This document shows, piece after piece, positions 61,000 through 64,000 of a stretch of 64,000 bases of DNA. Both the position numbers and the translations under genes were made by a program. Source of the stretch: an uncultured Bacteroidales bacterium. Lineage in GTDB: Bacteria; Bacteroidota; Bacteroidia; Bacteroidales; UBA7960. Location of the stretch: assembly GCA_964614525.1 (NCBI GenBank), contig CAZTPA010000003.1, positions 40,136 to 104,135 on the forward strand. The letters are read 5' to 3'. The notes under the pieces were generated by a model that was not told the origin of the DNA, did no database searches, and worked only from the letters and a program-made list of their open reading frames with translations. Within the stretch, counting starts at the first letter, position 1. Every line of letters begins with the position of its first letter.

Positions 61000-61070
61000 G
61001 AGCTATTTGCATTTTATATTTGTTCCTTGCTTTTTTAACGTATTTAATAAGCAGGGAATCATATTTTTTG

Positions 61071-61078
61071 CAAATTTA
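61071..61078 (-). promoter_or_regulatory. Candidate TAnnTTTG -7 box for the transporter gene
   Basis: The plus strand reads CAAATTTA, which is TAAATTTG on the minus strand, 72 bp upstream of the start at 60999. Confidence 0.3.
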
Positions 61079-61262
61079 TAAATTAAAAATGTTTTTTAGG
61101 AAATAATATAAGCCACGCGCCAAAATTAAAATATCAAATGCAAATTCTCATGGGTTAAATATTAAAGCATTTGACATCCATAAGTTTTAAAACATATTTT
61201 ATAAAAACTGGCTATTACTAATAAGTTCAGTTCAAGATTTACTTTTCCTATCAACAATGAAT

Positions 61263-62645
61263 TTATATCATCTTCGCCGGATTTACCCATTCTGTAAACT
61301 GTTTATCGCTTACAAGTTTCAGTTCTATTGCAGCTTCTCTTAATGTTTTGTTTTCATTATATGCTTTTTTTGCAATTTCAGCAGCTTTTTCATATCCAAT
61401 GTGTGGATTAAGAGCAGTAACCAGCATCAATGAGCTCTCCAGATTGCGTTCTATTACTTCTGTATTAGCTTTTATCCCAATGGCACATTTCTCATTAAAT
61501 GACAGGCATGCATCTCCTAGAAGCCTTGCAGATTGTAAAAGATTATATATCATCATTGGTTTGTAAGTATTTAATTGAAAGTGACCATTCATGCCACCGA
61601 CAGTAATTGCAGCGTCATTACCGATAACTTGTGCGCAAACCATGCTTAATGCTTCTGCTTGCGTGGGGTTTACTTTTCCCGGCATAATTGAAGATCCCGG
61701 TTCGTTAGCCGGAAGAATCAGTTCACCAATGCCGCTTCTGGGGCCTGATGCTAATATGCGTATGTCGTTTGTGATTTTTATAATGCTGACTGACAGTCGT
61801 TTCAGTGCTCCTGAGACTTCTACTATTGCATCATGAGCTGAAAGTGCTTCAAATTTATTTTCTGCCGTTATAAAAGGATATCCCGTTAGTTCGGCAATTT
61901 TTTTCGCAGCCAAAACATCAAAGTTCTCAGGCGCATTAATACCTGTACCCACGGCAGTTCCACCCAAGGCAAGTTCTTGCAAATGCTTTAATGATGCTTT
62001 GAGCGCAACTAATCCATGATCAAGTTGGGATACATATCCTGAAAACTCTTGTCCAAGGCTCAAAGGAGTAGCATCCATCCAGTGTGTTCTGCCTATTTTT
62101 ATAATGTCTTTAAATTCTTTGGATTTTGAATTTAAAGTATTTCTAAGTTGCATTATGCCCGGAATTGTTGTTTCCATAATTGATTTGTATGCAGCGATAT
62201 GCATTGCAGTTGGGAAGGTATCATTTGATGATTGAGATTTATTAGCATCATCATTGGGATGTATCAGCTTAATGCCTTCTCCGGGTTTATTTCCCAATAA
62301 AACATGAGCGCGGTTTGCTATAACCTCATTTATATTCATATTTGTTTGCGTGCCCGAACCTGTTTGCCATACCAGGAGAGGAAAATGCTCATCTAGTTTG
62401 CCTTCAAGTATTTCGTCACAAACCCGACTTATAAGTTCTGCCTTTTCTGCAGAAATTACTCCTAAATCAGAGTTAACTATTGCAGATGCTTTTTTTACAA
62501 TAGCAAAAGCTTTAATAACTTCATCAGGCATCTTTTGAGAACCGATTTTAAAGTTATTTAATGATCTTTGAGTTTGGGCTCCCCAGTATTTGTCGTCAGG
62601 AACCATTACTTCGCCCATGCTGTCAATTTCTTTTCTATAATTCAT
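61263..62645 (-). CDS. fumC: Class II fumarate hydratase
   Basis: 460 aa with the [13 protein letters not shown] signature, plus [12 protein letters not shown]. Confidence 0.95.
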   Translation of the reverse strand: MNYRKEIDSMGEVMVPDDKYWGAQTQRSLNNFKIGSQKMPDEVIKAFAIVKKASAIVNSDLGVISAEKAELISRVCDEILEGKLDEHFPLLVWQTGSGTQTNMNINEVIANRAHVLLGNKPGEGIKLIHPNDDANKSQSSNDTFPTAMHIAAYKSIMETTIPGIMQLRNTLNSKSKEFKDIIKIGRTHWMDATPLSLGQEFSGYVSQLDHGLVALKASLKHLQELALGGTAVGTGINAPENFDVLAAKKIAELTGYPFITAENKFEALSAHDAIVEVSGALKRLSVSIIKITNDIRILASGPRSGIGELILPANEPGSSIMPGKVNPTQAEALSMVCAQVIGNDAAITVGGMNGHFQLNTYKPMMIYNLLQSARLLGDACLSFNEKCAIGIKANTEVIERNLESSLMLVTALNPHIGYEKAAEIAKKAYNENKTLREAAIELKLVSDKQFTEWVNPAKMI

Positions 62646-62798
62646 TTTTCCGGGTTTTGGTTAAAACTATATGAAACATTTTTTATAAATATCATTTAAT
62701 TTTGATATAAAATTTTAAAAAATATTCATTATATTGTAAGCTTCATATTTATATAACTAATTAAGTTTATTTTTGTTCTTACTAAACACTATAATATT

Positions 62799-64000
62799 AT
62801 GATGAAGCAATCTCACCTTAAAACTTTATTTATTGATTCAAGCACAGGATTTTATAAAGTTAAAAGATATGAAATCGGAAAATTTTGGGGACCGGTAGAT
62901 TTGGGTATTCATCTGTCAAAACAACATGATAGCCTGAATTTTGGTTCCGGATTATTGGCGGGAAGTATATTCCCGGGCTCTAACAGATTGATAGTAAACG
63001 GATTTAGTCCTTGCTGGCATGGCTTCTATGTCTCATCTATGGGTGGTGCAGCATTAATTTTTGATAATCTTGGAATTGATTTATTATCAATAGTTGGCAA
63101 AGCAAACACTCCTTCTATATTATATCTTAACAGAAATCACGGTGAAGAAATAGAAGTTGAAATTGTTCCTGTACGACTACGAAAAACATGGGAAGAAGGA
63201 AGAAAAGGTGTTTATGCTTTAATGCAATATTGTTTAGATGAGTTTGGAGGGCGATTTGAAAATGACCCCAGAATTCTTGCAACAGGGCCTGCATCTCTTT
63301 ATTCTGATTTTGGAGCTATTGGTTCAGCACCTGTCAGGAAGGGCAAAATTACTCATGCTGACACATGGGCCGGCAGGGGAGGATTTGGCTCAAAAATGCT
63401 TCAACAACATGGAATTGCTGCGGTAATTTACGGTGGTACACATGTTGAGGAAGATTTCAGAGATCGCAATGTCGCTGATTCATGGTTTCAGGACAGATAT
63501 CAAATGAAACTCTCTGCAAAAGATATGGAGTCAACAACAAAGTATCGTTATGATCCTGAGTTTAGTACAGGTGGTACATTTGGTGTTAATTACGCTACAA
63601 TGAAGGATAATATAATCGCTTTTAATTACAGAACAATTTTTTGGAGCGATTCTGAAAGAGAAAAACTGCATAAAAATTTTGTTCTCGATCATTATTTGAA
63701 ACAGTTTAATGAAGAAACAATAAAAAATAAGCAGCAAAAAACTTGTGGTGAACCTTGTGCTGCTGTTTGTAAAAAATTGAACGGCGAGTTTAAAAAGGAT
63801 TATGAACCCTATCAAACTATGGGTCCGCTATGCGGAATTTTCGATCAAAGAGCCGCTGAAGTAGTTAATATGAAAGCAGATAGTCTTGGTTTCGATGCTA
63901 TTAGTGTTGGAGGTGTGCTCTCTTGGCTTATGGAGTGTATGCATGAAGGTTTGCTTACTCCTGAAGATTTGGGTGTGAAAAAGAAACCTGTTTTTGAAGT
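62799..64000 (+). CDS. Aldehyde:ferredoxin oxidoreductase (AOR) family protein, partial (runs off window end)
   Basis: Own translation: MMKQSHLKTLFIDSSTGFYKVKRYEIGKFWGPVDLGIHL...GSNRLIVNGFSPCWHGFYVSSMGGAA...TWAGRGGFGSKMLQQHGIAAVIYGG...KTCGEPCAAVCKK...DYEPYQTMGPLCGI. This shows an AOR N-domain and Cys ligand spacing. The frame stays open to position 64000, and it is not in the ORF track because no stop is reached. Confidence 0.85.
   Translation, partial: MMKQSHLKTLFIDSSTGFYKVKRYEIGKFWGPVDLGIHLSKQHDSLNFGSGLLAGSIFPGSNRLIVNGFSPCWHGFYVSSMGGAALIFDNLGIDLLSIVGKANTPSILYLNRNHGEEIEVEIVPVRLRKTWEEGRKGVYALMQYCLDEFGGRFENDPRILATGPASLYSDFGAIGSAPVRKGKITHADTWAGRGGFGSKMLQQHGIAAVIYGGTHVEEDFRDRNVADSWFQDRYQMKLSAKDMESTTKYRYDPEFSTGGTFGVNYATMKDNIIAFNYRTIFWSDSEREKLHKNFVLDHYLKQFNEETIKNKQQKTCGEPCAAVCKKLNGEFKKDYEPYQTMGPLCGIFDQRAAEVVNMKADSLGFDAISVGGVLSWLMECMHEGLLTPEDLGVKKKPVFE

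Noticed and set aside
61023-61058. Hairpin TTCCTTGCTT...AAGCAGGGAA upstream of the YidE-like transporter, considered as a possible riboswitch or attenuator
   Set aside because: This is a single imperfect 10-bp stem with an AT-rich loop and no recognisable riboswitch core. It could equally be part of the fumC terminator region, so the evidence is insufficient.

Overview
Low-GC chromosomal segment, almost certainly from an anaerobic member of Bacteroidota. Supporting signs: recurrent TAnnTTTG -7 promoter boxes, the Bacteroidota-typical rpmG-DUF4295, recF-DUF721 and DUF4199 genes, a short SRP RNA, and an aldehyde:ferredoxin oxidoreductase. I found no rRNA, tRNA, CRISPR array, transposase or integrase. 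Layout: (i) 1-10.4 kb holds a partial aroK and a very AT-rich surface-polysaccharide locus with two MOP flippases, two Wzy/WaaL-like proteins, a GT4, an initiating sugar-phosphate transferase, a NeuD/PglD acetyltransferase, wecB and a Wzz-like gene. (ii) 10.5-20.2 kb is the most unusual part: two glutamate dehydrogenase paralogs in opposite orientation bracket a tandem pair of giant (1187 and 997 aa) paralogous proteins. Each combines receiver-like domains with a PPDK_N-type ATP-grasp nucleotide-binding domain and lacks the phospho-histidine and PEP/pyruvate domains of a true dikinase. (iii) The remainder is mostly housekeeping: purM, prfA, pyrF, sucD, tkt C-half, an ECF sigma module, SRP RNA, fsa/tal, recF, dcp, purL, pepO, rpmG, ftsY, rimO, hpt, adk, obg, fumC. 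Several poorly characterised genes are interspersed: a YfiR-like/SpoIIE phosphatase, a 5-repeat coiled-coil protein, an internally duplicated 313-aa protein downstream of nfeD and a macrodomain gene, and a pseudo-receiver next to an orphan NarL regulator. There is also a 567-bp ORF-free gap containing a 190-nt nested inverted repeat. All calls rest on reading the translations and sequence by eye; no searches were run.
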